Position numbers and translations under genes: made by a program
NCBI GenBank assembly: GCA_020184695.1
Contig: JAANOX010000258.1
Span: forward strand, 62,001 to 126,000
Direction of reading: 5' to 3'
DNA from: Histomonas meleagridis 2922-C6/04-290x
Taxonomy: Eukaryota; Protista; Parabasalia
DNA: 64,000 nt
In this document: positions 21,609 through 32,130 of the stretch, piece by piece
How the letters are laid out: each line of letters begins with the position of its first letter
Numbering within the stretch: the stretch's first letter is position 1
Notes under the pieces: model-generated
Database searches by the model: none
What the model was told of the DNA's origin: nothing
What the model saw: only the letters and a program-made list of their open reading frames with translations

Positions 21609-24600
21609 CTAAATATCAAACAAAATCTTTTTCTTAATATTTTTCAAGTTATTTGTTGAACTAGCGATTGCTTTTGTTGGCGAAAGTGATGCGAACGAAT
21701 CATTTCCCTCATCTTCTATTTGTTTTAAGGTTCTTTCGCTTCTAGAAATCATTCTCGAGAGCGGTGACAAAGGAATATTTTTATTCGGTGTCAACTGGTT
21801 AAACTTATTTCTGCTTGTTAAATGCTTTTCTCTTAATTTCTTATTAAGAGGCGGCGGATATTTCTTAATTAACATCGCATTCTTGTTCGGTGTATTAATT
21901 TCGTTAATAATAGTTTCCAATTTCTTGTTTTTTCTTGATTTCTTCTTTTTAACCTTTTTCACTTTTCGAATTTTTTTACTTTTTTTCGACTTTTCAGATG
22001 TAACTGAAGAACAAGTTTCTTCTTCTTCACCTGAAGATTTAAACGATCTTATGGTTGAAGAAGAAGAATTTTCGGTTTTTAGTTCATTAATATCGAATCG
22101 ATTTGCGTTTCTTAATTTATGTGAATATCTTGAAACTTTTTTCCTTGGTTGAATGATAGCGTTTTGGTCAACGCTATTATGTTTCTGAGGCTGAAGAGTA
22201 GATTTTCTATGTACAATATTTGGTGCTAAAGTTTCATCTGTTTTATGAGGGAGAATTAACGTATTTTTACGTTTCTTTTCAATTTTTGAATTAATTTCGG
22301 TTTCACTTAATTCACTGTTTAAAGTTTCAGAAGAGTTTTCATCGTTTTCTATTGAAATTTCATCGTTTTTGTCTTCACTTCTTATCATATCGAAATAATG
22401 AATCGCAGAAGTTTGTCTTGTATGTTTTGGCAATTTTAATGTTGCGTTAGTATCCTTACTAAATTTCATGTTCTCCATCATAATATGATGAATTTTATTA
22501 TCTTTAATTGTACCACTTCTTTTTTTAGTTGTTAATTCTATTTCTTCGATAATTATTTTGGGCAACGTAATTATAAAAAACGAAGAATTATATAAAACAA
22601 TTAATTTATTTTCGGTATCAATACACATACCAAAGTTTAACATTAAATTTGGGAAATTACCAAAAGATTCGAAATGTTGAACATTTTGAACATTTTTCCC
22701 ATTTATCATAAAAATTGTTGGCGATACATTTGTGACACCATCACAAGTACCACCTATAGATATTATATATTTATTAATTATTATTGTGTTATGACCGAAT
22801 CTTTTCGGAATATTTATATTATTATTTAATTGTATCCATTTTAAATGTATTAAATCGAAAGACCAAACGTCATTAAATATTTGTCGATTATTTTTTCCTC
22901 CGTAAATTATCATCAAATATAACTTTAATATTGCCGAATGTTGCGCTCTATTTTTAGGTAATATATGATCATTTGTTTTTAATTCGATGAATTTATTTTC
23001 ATTAATTGAATAACAGATTAAAGAATTTAAATATTTTTCTTTGTTTCGTCCACCGAATATATAAATGTTATTATTATAACATATCGATGTATGTTCACAT
23101 CGTTGTTCGAATATAACAGAATTTAATGGAACAACTTTTATAAATTGTTTTGTATTAATATCATATTTATAAATATCATTAAAATATTCTTTATGATTAT
23201 ATCCGCCAATTAAATAAAACGTTTCATTGTGTTTACATAATGAATAACCAAAACGTTGTTGTTTAAAATCATTTATACTAATTGATGATTTATAAGGATC
23301 TAAAGTTATTAATTTGTTTTGCGTGAAAAAATAAAATATGTTATCATGTGTTAATGAATGAGTTTCTTTTATATTAGATAATTTTCGTAACATTATCGGA
23401 TTAGTAAATATAAAAACAGAATTCAGATTTGGATGATTCCGTAAATATATTTCTTTCCGAATTTGTTCTATTTGTGTTATGATCGATGTAAATTCAGACG
23501 AATTTTGGAAATATGTTTTATGTAATTTATGAATGTTATCATATATCGAAAAAGAATTTACTAATGGAAAATATTTGAAATCAATTATCTTCTTCGAATA
23601 TAATATTGTTTCTGTCTTTTTATCATATTGGTTGATAGTAATTAAATCATTAAATAAATAGAATTTACAATTCTTATTCCGATATTTAACATTCGTTACA
23701 CGTTTGATAAAACGTGAAGCTTCAACAAGTTGAAAGTTCTTTGTAAGTCGTTGTTGTAACATTAAAACTTCATTAATCTTTTGAGCATTCTTAGCTGCAA
23801 TGTCCATTTCGATTGTAACTTTTTCGATTTTAGTTAAAGCTAATTCAAGTAATGGTGAATCAGGATGTGACTTCGGAGTATATTTAATTAGCTCACGTAT
23901 AAATAATAAATATCGAGGCATGCGTTGAATAGGTAATATTAAATATGATGAAAATGGTAATGAATCTTTGCATTGAAAAGTAGAGATGTTATTATGCATT
24001 TTAGGAGTTATAAGTTGAATTAAAGATGGATAATTTGAAATGTATGGAAGAGATACCTTAAAAAAATCAGAAAACTCTAAAAACGCATCAGAAACGATTG
24101 TACTATATGAAATGTTTTTACTTTGAAGATTATCTAAAAATAGGGAATGACACTTATATATCGCTGGAAAGTCTTTAAATACTTTGTTGAACTCAATATC
24201 AGTGAAAACATTGGATTTCTTGATCTTAACTTGCCAATTATTAATGATATTAGAAAGATTATTGACATATGTGCTTTCGGTTTGTATGATTTCGTCAATG
24301 ATTTTTTGACGTTGGGTAATAATATGAAGTGATTCTGTTGTAAGTGTGCACTTAAATATGATTCCATTTTTTTTGGCATTACTAAAAATGGTTTGTGACG
24401 TGTCATTCAAATTAATTGATGGACAAGAACCATCTGTGTGTGGAAGATCGATGGATTTATCGATCTTTTCGATGATTTCTTTTCCAGTTTGATTTTCATC
24501 AAGATGGAAATCGACTCGAAATGGTGGAATCTCAATCATATTCGTAGTTTCTGTTTCAACAAAAAAGGAAATAATTGGTTTATTTGGTATGGGACCAATT

Positions 24601-24854
24601 GTTAGAAAAAATAATGGTCTTTCATATTGATCAGGCCTTTTACTTAAAAGTAAATATGGATGCCTTTTAAGAACTTGAGTGTCTGAAGGTATTATTTCTG
24701 AGTATAATGGAGTTTGTATTTTTAATACATATTTTGTATTGTCAAATCCTAAATTACTTAAAAATTCTTGCGCTTGCATTTGTGCAAAATTTTTTGCTGG
24801 CTTGATATGTACAGAATAATTGAAATCAATAACAAATATCCATTGTTGATCCAT
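21609..24854 (-). CDS. RhoGEF (DH-PH) protein with Kelch repeats and a Lys/Ser-rich tail
   Basis: DH motifs EIIQTESTYVNNL, YLILPIQRMPRYLLFIRELIKYTP and HPD, followed by Kelch repeats (YLIGG, YIFGGR, IIYGGK, ISIGG). Confidence 0.85.
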   Translation of the reverse strand: MDQQWIFVIDFNYSVHIKPAKNFAQMQAQEFLSNLGFDNTKYVLKIQTPLYSEIIPSDTQVLKRHPYLLLSKRPDQYERPLFFLTIGPIPNKPIISFFVETETTNMIEIPPFRVDFHLDENQTGKEIIEKIDKSIDLPHTDGSCPSINLNDTSQTIFSNAKKNGIIFKCTLTTESLHIITQRQKIIDEIIQTESTYVNNLSNIINNWQVKIKKSNVFTDIEFNKVFKDFPAIYKCHSLFLDNLQSKNISYSTIVSDAFLEFSDFFKVSLPYISNYPSLIQLITPKMHNNISTFQCKDSLPFSSYLILPIQRMPRYLLFIRELIKYTPKSHPDSPLLELALTKIEKVTIEMDIAAKNAQKINEVLMLQQRLTKNFQLVEASRFIKRVTNVKYRNKNCKFYLFNDLITINQYDKKTETILYSKKIIDFKYFPLVNSFSIYDNIHKLHKTYFQNSSEFTSIITQIEQIRKEIYLRNHPNLNSVFIFTNPIMLRKLSNIKETHSLTHDNIFYFFTQNKLITLDPYKSSISINDFKQQRFGYSLCKHNETFYLIGGYNHKEYFNDIYKYDINTKQFIKVVPLNSVIFEQRCEHTSICYNNNIYIFGGRNKEKYLNSLICYSINENKFIELKTNDHILPKNRAQHSAILKLYLMIIYGGKNNRQIFNDVWSFDLIHLKWIQLNNNINIPKRFGHNTIIINKYIISIGGTCDGVTNVSPTIFMINGKNVQNVQHFESFGNFPNLMLNFGMCIDTENKLIVLYNSSFFIITLPKIIIEEIELTTKKRSGTIKDNKIHHIMMENMKFSKDTNATLKLPKHTRQTSAIHYFDMIRSEDKNDEISIENDENSSETLNSELSETEINSKIEKKRKNTLILPHKTDETLAPNIVHRKSTLQPQKHNSVDQNAIIQPRKKVSRYSHKLRNANRFDINELKTENSSSSTIRSFKSSGEEEETCSSVTSEKSKKSKKIRKVKKVKKKKSRKNKKLETIINEINTPNKNAMLIKKYPPPLNKKLREKHLTSRNKFNQLTPNKNIPLSPLSRMISRSERTLKQIEDEGNDSFASLSPTKAIASSTNNLKNIKKKILFDI

Positions 24855-25560
24855 AAATTTACGTTAACGTTCTTTTTTGACGCTGTTTTATTTAAACGCT
24901 AGACAAAGTTTCAACAAAAGATACACAAGAAATTTGGTTAAGAAAAAATAAAAGCATTATATATATTCCTCTGTTTGTTTAAAAAACAAATTTATGAAAA
25001 AATTAAAAATTATTTTGACGAAAAACATAATCGTGCTATAAAGCCATATGTTTATATACTACATTCGCAATAAAACAAAACAGAAAATCCTTGGATTAGT
25101 GGAAATTGAAAATTGTTTCAAATTGTTTAGAAACATCTTGTTCTCCAAGGAATGGATTTCCATAAAAAGTGCTCGTGATTTTACCCATATTTTATATCTT
25201 TTTAAAATTATAATTTATTTTTTGAGATCTCAAAATATTTCAAAATATTACTGATACTATATTTTTGGTTGTTTTGGTGTTTCTCTAGTAGTTCATTTAT
25301 TTTCTTTTATGACAAATTATTTCAACATTTGATTTTTATTCAAACCTATTTGAAGATTATAGTTAGAGTACTCATGATATCATGTTTAAGTTTTGTTTTG
25401 ACTGTTTTTTGCAAAATATACTTCTTTGAACAACTCAAAGCATGTAAATTCGACAATTTGCAATTTAAAATATATCTTTTTCTATTCTATGTTTTCACAT
25501 TTCTAGTGATTGCTCATTAAGGATTCTAAAATAGATTATCTTATTTATTTATTTATATAT

Positions 25561-28303
25561 TTAGATTAAAATTATATAATAATTGTTACATGCTGTTGAT
25601 TTATGTTTTTTGGGCTTTAAATTTTTATTGACACTTTTTTCAAGTAATTTAACCATTTCTTTGTTACCTCTTAGAGATGCATGTGTAAGTGCTGTCCAAA
25701 ATAAAATAAATAATTACCATACAATATTTTGAAGCCCAAAAATATCAAAACAAATATTAAATTAAGCAAATAAATATCTTTAGCATTAACATCAATTGCT
25801 TTTTGTTCAAGAAGTAATTTTACTATTTCTGTCTGACCATTTTCAAGTGCTTTCATAAGTGCTGTTTCAAATAATTTAAATAATTTCCAAATATTATTTT
25901 GAATTATAAAATTATTATAATAAATATTGAACAAAACAAATAAATATTTTTGGCATTAATATCAATTCCTTTTTGCTCAAGAAGTAATTTAACTAGTTTT
26001 ATTTTACCAGTTCGAGATGTCCGAATAAGTACTGTTTGAAATATTTTATATAATTTCCATATATTGTTTTGAAATTAAAAATTATGAAAACAAATATTAA
26101 ATTTTATTAATAAATATCTTTAGTATTAATATTAATACCTTCCTGTTCAAGAATCAATTTAAAGATTCCTATGTAACCAAATTCAAATGCATAAATAAGT
26201 GCTGTATTAAATTATTTAAATAATTTCCAAATAAAGCATTGATATTAAATATTTTTATGATAAATATTGAATAAAATAAATAAATATCTTTAGCATTAAC
26301 ATCAATTCCTTCATGTTCAAGAAGTAATTTGACAATTTTTAGAAGACCTTTTTTTATGGCCATCATAAGCACTGTTTTAAATAATTAAAATAATTTCCAA
26401 ATAATATAATGAAACTCGAAAATATAAAATTAAATTTTAAATCAAAAAAATAAACACTCTTAACATTAATATCGATTCCTTTTTGCGCAAGAAGTAAATT
26501 AAAGATTTCTATGTGATAATTTTTATATGCAATGATAAGTGCTGTAAGAAATAATTTAAATATTTCCTAAATTTTATTTTGAAATATCGAATGATTAAAA
26601 CAAATTTTATATTAAAAAAAGAAATGTTTTTAGCATTAACATCAATTCCTTCTTGCTCAAGAAGTAATTTAACAATTTCTATACGACCTTTTTTCGAAGC
26701 ACATATAAGTGCTGTATTAAATAATTTAAATATTTCCCAAACCTTATTTTGAAATATCAAATGATTAAAACAAATTTTATATTGAACGAAGAAATGTTTT
26801 TAGCATTAATATCAATTCCTTCTTGCTCAAGAAGTAATTTAACAATTTCTATGCAACTAAATTCAGATGCATATATAAGTGCTGTTTTAAATAATTTGAA
26901 TATTTTCCAAATAATATTTTGAAATACAATATTATTAAAATAAATATATAATAAAATATATAAATATCTTTAGCATTAATATCAATTCCTTTTTGTTCAA
27001 GAAGTAATTGAACTATTTCAAAACTTTCTAAAAGAGATTTAAATATTATAATATTTTTTGGAATATAATTATTTTGGAGAAAATATTTAATAAGATATAT
27101 ATTACTAATTCTTACTGTTTCATCGATTATATATTCATTGATTTCCATTCCATTTTCATGTAAAAACAAAAAAATTTCAGTATTTCCGTTTTTGATACAT
27201 ATGCATCCTAAATTACTAATATTATTCAATGAATAATTAGAACGATAATAATTATTATTTCCAAATCTTGATTGTTGCAATTTTCCATTCCTAAAAATAT
27301 TTTGTTGAGCTTTTTCATCCAACTTTTCTAATTTCTTTTCATAAATATATTTAAAGATATCATTTTGATGAAATTCAATTGCTGTTTCATATGCACCTTC
27401 AAATGTTGAATGATTTTGTTCACATAAATGAATAATTTCTTCATTTCCACCTGCAACTGCATATTTTCCTGTATTTTCGACTTTTGCACCATTTATAAGT
27501 AAATATTTAAAACATTTAACAGATCCAAAAAATGCTGCATAATCAATTAATGTAACATTCTTTTGATTAATAAATGAACATCTTTCATAAAGTGATGGTT
27601 CAATATATTGATTAAAATTAAAATTTTCTTGTGATGATATTTCTTGAAGTTTTTCTAATTCATCACTTCGAATTATTTTTGATATTTCATTAGGATTAAC
27701 TCCTTCTTTAATTAATTGCTTATGAAGCTCCCAATCATTCTTTGAAAGCTCTTTCCAATTTCCATTAAATTGTTTCCAAAATGGTGCGAAATGTAATTCA
27801 TATATTTCATTATTGAGCTTATGGTGTGCAAAATATATTGATTTTATGTCTTTGATAATGTCTGGATCAGCTAAATTTCGTTCAATCATATTTTCTATCA
27901 AATAATATGATTCTTGTGATTTGATTTCTCTTATATAGTCACTGAATATCTGAATAATTTTTAAATTATTTTTATTCATTTCTTCTTCTTTCGCCTGTAT
28001 TAATTCTAAATAATTTATATATAAGAGATTAACATCTTTCTTTGAATAAAATGCGGAATAAATTAAATTGCTAATAATTAAATTATTCGAATATGGGAAA
28101 TTTAAATCTAATAATTTCATTGTTTTTTCAATTGACATTTCAAGATTATCTTGAGTTAAATTAAAAATTATTTGTTTGAGCATACATAGTAGTTCCATTG
28201 AGTTGGGCGCAGATTTAAAATCATAAGAATCAGAATTTTTATTATCTACAATGTCATCAGACATCGAGAAGTTTTGTGGATCGATTTGAAATTCTATCGA
28301 CAT
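25561..28303 (-). CDS. DUF3447-ankyrin repeat protein B, interrupted by 32 inserts of 17 nt (decoded length 732 aa)
   Basis: DUF3447-like region (DWELHKQLIKEGVNP, IEPSLYER, LIDYAAFFGSVKCFKYL, YAVAGGNEEIIHLCEQ) followed by ankyrin repeats at a 170-bp period. 2743 - 32x17 = 2199 nt, which is in frame and stop-free to the TAA at 25563-25561. Confidence 0.8.
25696..26965 (-). repeat. Tandem 170-bp ankyrin units with eight 80-nt spacers, each 4 x (17 nt + 1 codon)
   Basis: Spacers at 26886-26965, 26716-26795, 26546-26625, 26376-26455, 26206-26285, 26036-26115, 25866-25945 and 25696-25775. Confidence 0.95.
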
Positions 28304-28358
28304 GTAAACTATTCAATTCATGTGCGTTAATAATAATTATAATTTTACTCAGCAAAAA

Positions 28359-28766
28359 ATGTCTTGGATGGACCAATTTGTTAATGACGCGCAGCAAGAA
28401 GTTGTTCATGAGTTAGAAGAACTTGTTGAAAAGAAAGGAATAAAAGAAAAAGTTCTTGGTGAAGCTCAAGAATTAGCAAAAATTGCAGCTCGACATATTC
28501 TTGATGAAACACAGCCAGAACTTCAAGCGTTCCCAAGTATCCCTGTTGATGGTGATAAGGAACTTCAATATCTTCTTGTTCTTGAATTTTTACAATCAGC
28601 AGGCTTCAAATTTGCACCAAGTGTACTTAAGTATGAATCACAACATCCAGAAATCGAATTAAATCGTAGGGAACTCGGTAAACAATTAAATCTTTGTACC
28701 TATGACCGCACTCCCTATCTTGTTCAATTAATAGAAGAGCAACTCAAAACACTTGAAGATGAATAA
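28359..28766 (+). CDS. Small LisH-like motif protein (FOP/FOR20-type dimerisation motif)
   Basis: ELQYLLVLEFLQSAGFKFAPSVLKYES resembles a LisH motif. The ATG at 28359 is preferred. Confidence 0.5.
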   Translation: MSWMDQFVNDAQQEVVHELEELVEKKGIKEKVLGEAQELAKIAARHILDETQPELQAFPSIPVDGDKELQYLLVLEFLQSAGFKFAPSVLKYESQHPEIELNRRELGKQLNLCTYDRTPYLVQLIEEQLKTLEDE

Positions 28767-29010
28767 ATTGATTCTATTTATAAGATAAATGCATATAACT
28801 TTTCAATGGAATCCATTTAAATTTTTCGAGAAAAAAAAATTTATGTATTTGACTATCCACAAGCATTTTTAGATAAATTTAATGCATAAAGAGATCCAAA
28901 AATCTATATTTCACTCATAAACTTCAACAAATTATAATTTAATTGTCACTTTTTAAGATTTTTCATGTCAAATGTCAGACATCAAAAGATGATGTTCAAA
29001 TTGACGTTGA

Positions 29011-30339
29011 ATGCAAGACAGTTCCCTCAAAGAAATAGGGAATACAGCACTTGTGAACCTTTTTGAATCAATTCACACTGAGAATCGTTGGAATAATCCT
29101 TATTTTATCCAATACGAATATCGTTCACAATTTGATTGGGAAGCAATTCTTAAAAATCAAATGGCAGAACCTTTCAAAATGCAAAATGGTGACTATATGG
29201 ATATTCCTGATATTATCCAATGTTTGCTTGGATTTTTTGGTGATGTCAATTCGTCAGGTCATATTGAAATATTTATTTATCCATACGATAATTCCCTTCT
29301 CAATTCCACCTTTTTATTTCCTGAGATGAATTTCGACTCTGAAATACTTCATCAAATTGTTTCATTAATTCTTCAATATAATCCCACACTTCAAAAATCC
29401 ACCAATCAAAACGGGGCATCACATATCATAATTAATTCTACACAAGAGAAGCAACTACTAACCATCGATTTAAATTCACGGCAAATCATCGAAATAATAA
29501 ATCTTGAAATCACTCCAGAAGATTTTACACCATATCTTAACGTTACACTTCAATCCAATCTATTTCCAAGTTACGAAACCTTTATTCAATCCATTTTAAT
29601 ATCCACGATATATTATCCCAATTATTCCATCACATTAACATTTGGCCATAACTCATTAATACTTCGCCTTCCTTTATACAAATATCGTATTCCTCTTATT
29701 TTCAACTATTTATTTTCAACATCTGCAATCAAATCTAAAACTTATACATACACAATTGAGTCGCATGAATTACGTTCCATATCAAATGCTACATTAATCT
29801 ATTTCAAAACCAACAATAACATCTCCAGATTCTATTTTTTCTCGTTCATTCAAGGGTTACCATATAAATCGAATGACAACTCCACAAAAGACTTACTTTC
29901 GTCCATCGAATGGAGTTCATTCCATATGTCATTAATTCCAATACATAAATCGAAAATACCGTTTTGTAATGAGTCGATAATATTAGGCAAAAAGAATGAA
30001 AACATTTTATTGCTCGTTAATAACTCTAATGAACGAGCACAAAGCCTTTCCGTCATGGCGATCAACTCAGTCTGCGACATGTTCATTAAAGATAACAATG
30101 AATTTATCCAAAAGAAATTTGTCAAAAAGCGACTTGATGCGGTGTGGTTACACTTTGATGTGATAACAAGCAGCATCTGCAACATTTTGAATGACGATAA
30201 TGAAAACGATGATTTATGGGGTAAAATTGCCCTCATCACAAAGAAAAATAACCAAGTAATCGTAAACGGTCAACGAAAATTTACACGACGATCAGATGTC
30301 TCTCAAAAAGAGACTCTCCACAGAAATTTTAACCGCTAA
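29011..30339 (+). CDS. Hypothetical 442-aa protein, possibly a divergent Top6B-like (Spo11 partner) subunit
   Basis: Clean long ORF. FYFFSFIQGLPY...LLSSIEWSSFHM and the C-terminal helix VWLHFDVITSSICNILND loosely resemble Top6B/MTOPVIB transducer motifs. Confidence 0.35.
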   Translation: MQDSSLKEIGNTALVNLFESIHTENRWNNPYFIQYEYRSQFDWEAILKNQMAEPFKMQNGDYMDIPDIIQCLLGFFGDVNSSGHIEIFIYPYDNSLLNSTFLFPEMNFDSEILHQIVSLILQYNPTLQKSTNQNGASHIIINSTQEKQLLTIDLNSRQIIEIINLEITPEDFTPYLNVTLQSNLFPSYETFIQSILISTIYYPNYSITLTFGHNSLILRLPLYKYRIPLIFNYLFSTSAIKSKTYTYTIESHELRSISNATLIYFKTNNNISRFYFFSFIQGLPYKSNDNSTKDLLSSIEWSSFHMSLIPIHKSKIPFCNESIILGKKNENILLLVNNSNERAQSLSVMAINSVCDMFIKDNNEFIQKKFVKKRLDAVWLHFDVITSSICNILNDDNENDDLWGKIALITKKNNQVIVNGQRKFTRRSDVSQKETLHRNFNR

Positions 30340-30390
30340 TTGAAACCTTGGTTGTCATCGTCTATCGTCCTGGCAAATTGACATTTTCTG

Positions 30391-30843
30391 ATGTTCTTTT
30401 TGCTTTTATTAGCCAAAATTGGAAGATCATACGTTCATAACCCAAACGCAAACAAATTCATTGATGTTGTTGACGACGAATCGAAAAAGAGAGATTTTTC
30501 GAAGTTAAGAAATGGATTTGCAAAGAAGTTTACTGGAAAAAGTAAAGTGATATCGAGACCATCTGTCACCACCGGAGGGATAAAAGATAAATATGGAGAT
30601 GAAGTTGCTAAGGATGTAGATAGAATTTCTGTCCCTGTGTTATCTCTTGCCCAATTAAGAAATAAGGAGAAAAACGAATTATCATTTGTGGTTGCTAAGG
30701 ATGTAGATAGAATTTCTGTCCCTGTGTTATCTCTTGCCCAATTAAGAAATAAGGATAAAAACGAATTATCATTTGTGGTTGCTACTTCCACAGAAAGAGG
30801 ATCAGAGAAAACTGAAGATTTTTCTCATTTAAGGGTTGTTTAA
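30391..30843 (+). CDS. Small predicted secreted protein, copy 1, with an internal 29-aa duplication
   Basis: MFFLLLLA signal-like start, near-identical to 31484-31807 over the first 38 aa or so. Confidence 0.6.
   Translation: MFFLLLLAKIGRSYVHNPNANKFIDVVDDESKKRDFSKLRNGFAKKFTGKSKVISRPSVTTGGIKDKYGDEVAKDVDRISVPVLSLAQLRNKEKNELSFVVAKDVDRISVPVLSLAQLRNKDKNELSFVVATSTERGSEKTEDFSHLRVV
30604..30777 (+). repeat. 87-bp in-frame tandem duplication
   Basis: 30604-30690 and 30691-30777 encode VAKDVDRISVPVLSLAQLRNK(E/D)KNELSFV twice. Confidence 0.95.
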
Positions 30844-31483
30844 GTAATTAAGCTAAACGCTTTCAGCTTACGACATTTTCTTCTTGTGTAAAATCTTAAG
30901 AAGATTAATACTATTGGATGTTTTCAGAAAAGATAAAAATTTTGTTTAATGGAATTGTTCAAGAAAAATGGCGAAGACAGACAAGTTCAGAAAATTCCAT
31001 TATAATATGTACAGAATATTTACTATAAATAATGTTTAAATCGAACAATCTCATAAAGTTTTTTTTTTTTTATTTTAGTGTTGAAAAGAGGACTTCGCAA
31101 TATATCAAATATATTGATAGAAATTTTATTAAAATATAATCCGATATTCATAATGAAAAATGCTTGACAAAATGTTTGTCAAGTCTTTTATTCCATTTTT
31201 ATATTATTTTATTTTATTTTTCACATCATGATAGATATAATTATAATATGATCATTTAGAAATGAATATTTCATTATCATTACCCAATATAATAATGCAT
31301 TATCTTATATTCTGGACTTGCTAATTTGAACCATAGCTCAGTGTATCTAGAGAAATCTTGAATAAATTTTCTTTCTTTGTAAACCACCCAATTTCGAATC
31401 AATTGATAACCGTCGCGGCCAAAAGACGACAAGAGGTTTCAATTGAAATCTTGATTATCGTCCTGGCAAATTGACATATTCTG

Positions 31484-31807
31484 ATGTTCTTTTTGCTTTT
31501 ATTAGCCAAAATTGGAAGATCATACGTCCATAACCCAAACGCAAACAAATTTATTGATGTTGTTGACGACGAATCGAAAAAGAGAGATTTTTCGAAGATA
31601 AGAAATGGATTGACAATGAAGTTCCCCCAACGGTACGGCAGTTATATAGATTTCGACTCACATTTTATTATTGATGAAGATTTTGGTGATTATAGAAACA
31701 AAGAACTCGATACAAACCCTAAGGCTATTATGAAACATGTATCTGCTACTTCTGTATCTAAAGGGTCAAAGAAAACTGTTTCTTTTCCAAAGCTAAGGCA
31801 ATTATAA
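31484..31807 (+). CDS. Small predicted secreted protein, copy 2
   Basis: Shares the upstream region (TATCGTCCTGGCAAATTGACAT), the N-terminus and a C-terminal TS..(K/R)GS.KT..F..LR motif with copy 1. The middle is unrelated. Confidence 0.6.
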   Translation: MFFLLLLAKIGRSYVHNPNANKFIDVVDDESKKRDFSKIRNGLTMKFPQRYGSYIDFDSHFIIDEDFGDYRNKELDTNPKAIMKHVSATSVSKGSKKTVSFPKLRQL

Positions 31808-32130
31808 TGGTATAATCCAATATATATATTACTTCTTTGACCACGAAGCTAGTCACAAAGTCACAGGTATATATATACGATAGATATTAATAAACAAACT
31901 CAGTGAAATTAATTATTACTTTTTAATCATTTAAATGGTCGTATGAAATACATGTCACTTTACTTCAATTAAATTTGTAAGCGAAATTACCTGGGCATCA
32001 AATTCAATAAAAATAATGACAAATGAAATATTGAGTAAAATATTATGGCAAAAAATTTTTTATCAATTATATCACAAAACGATAAAAAACAACTGAATTT
32101 GGTTATCGTTTAATTTTTCACCAAGAGCAA

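Noticed and set aside
25671-26760. ORF-track entries 25671-25934, 26169-26372, 26509-26760 and 35448-35717 as separate genes
   Set aside because: They are chance open stretches within the interrupted ankyrin arrays.
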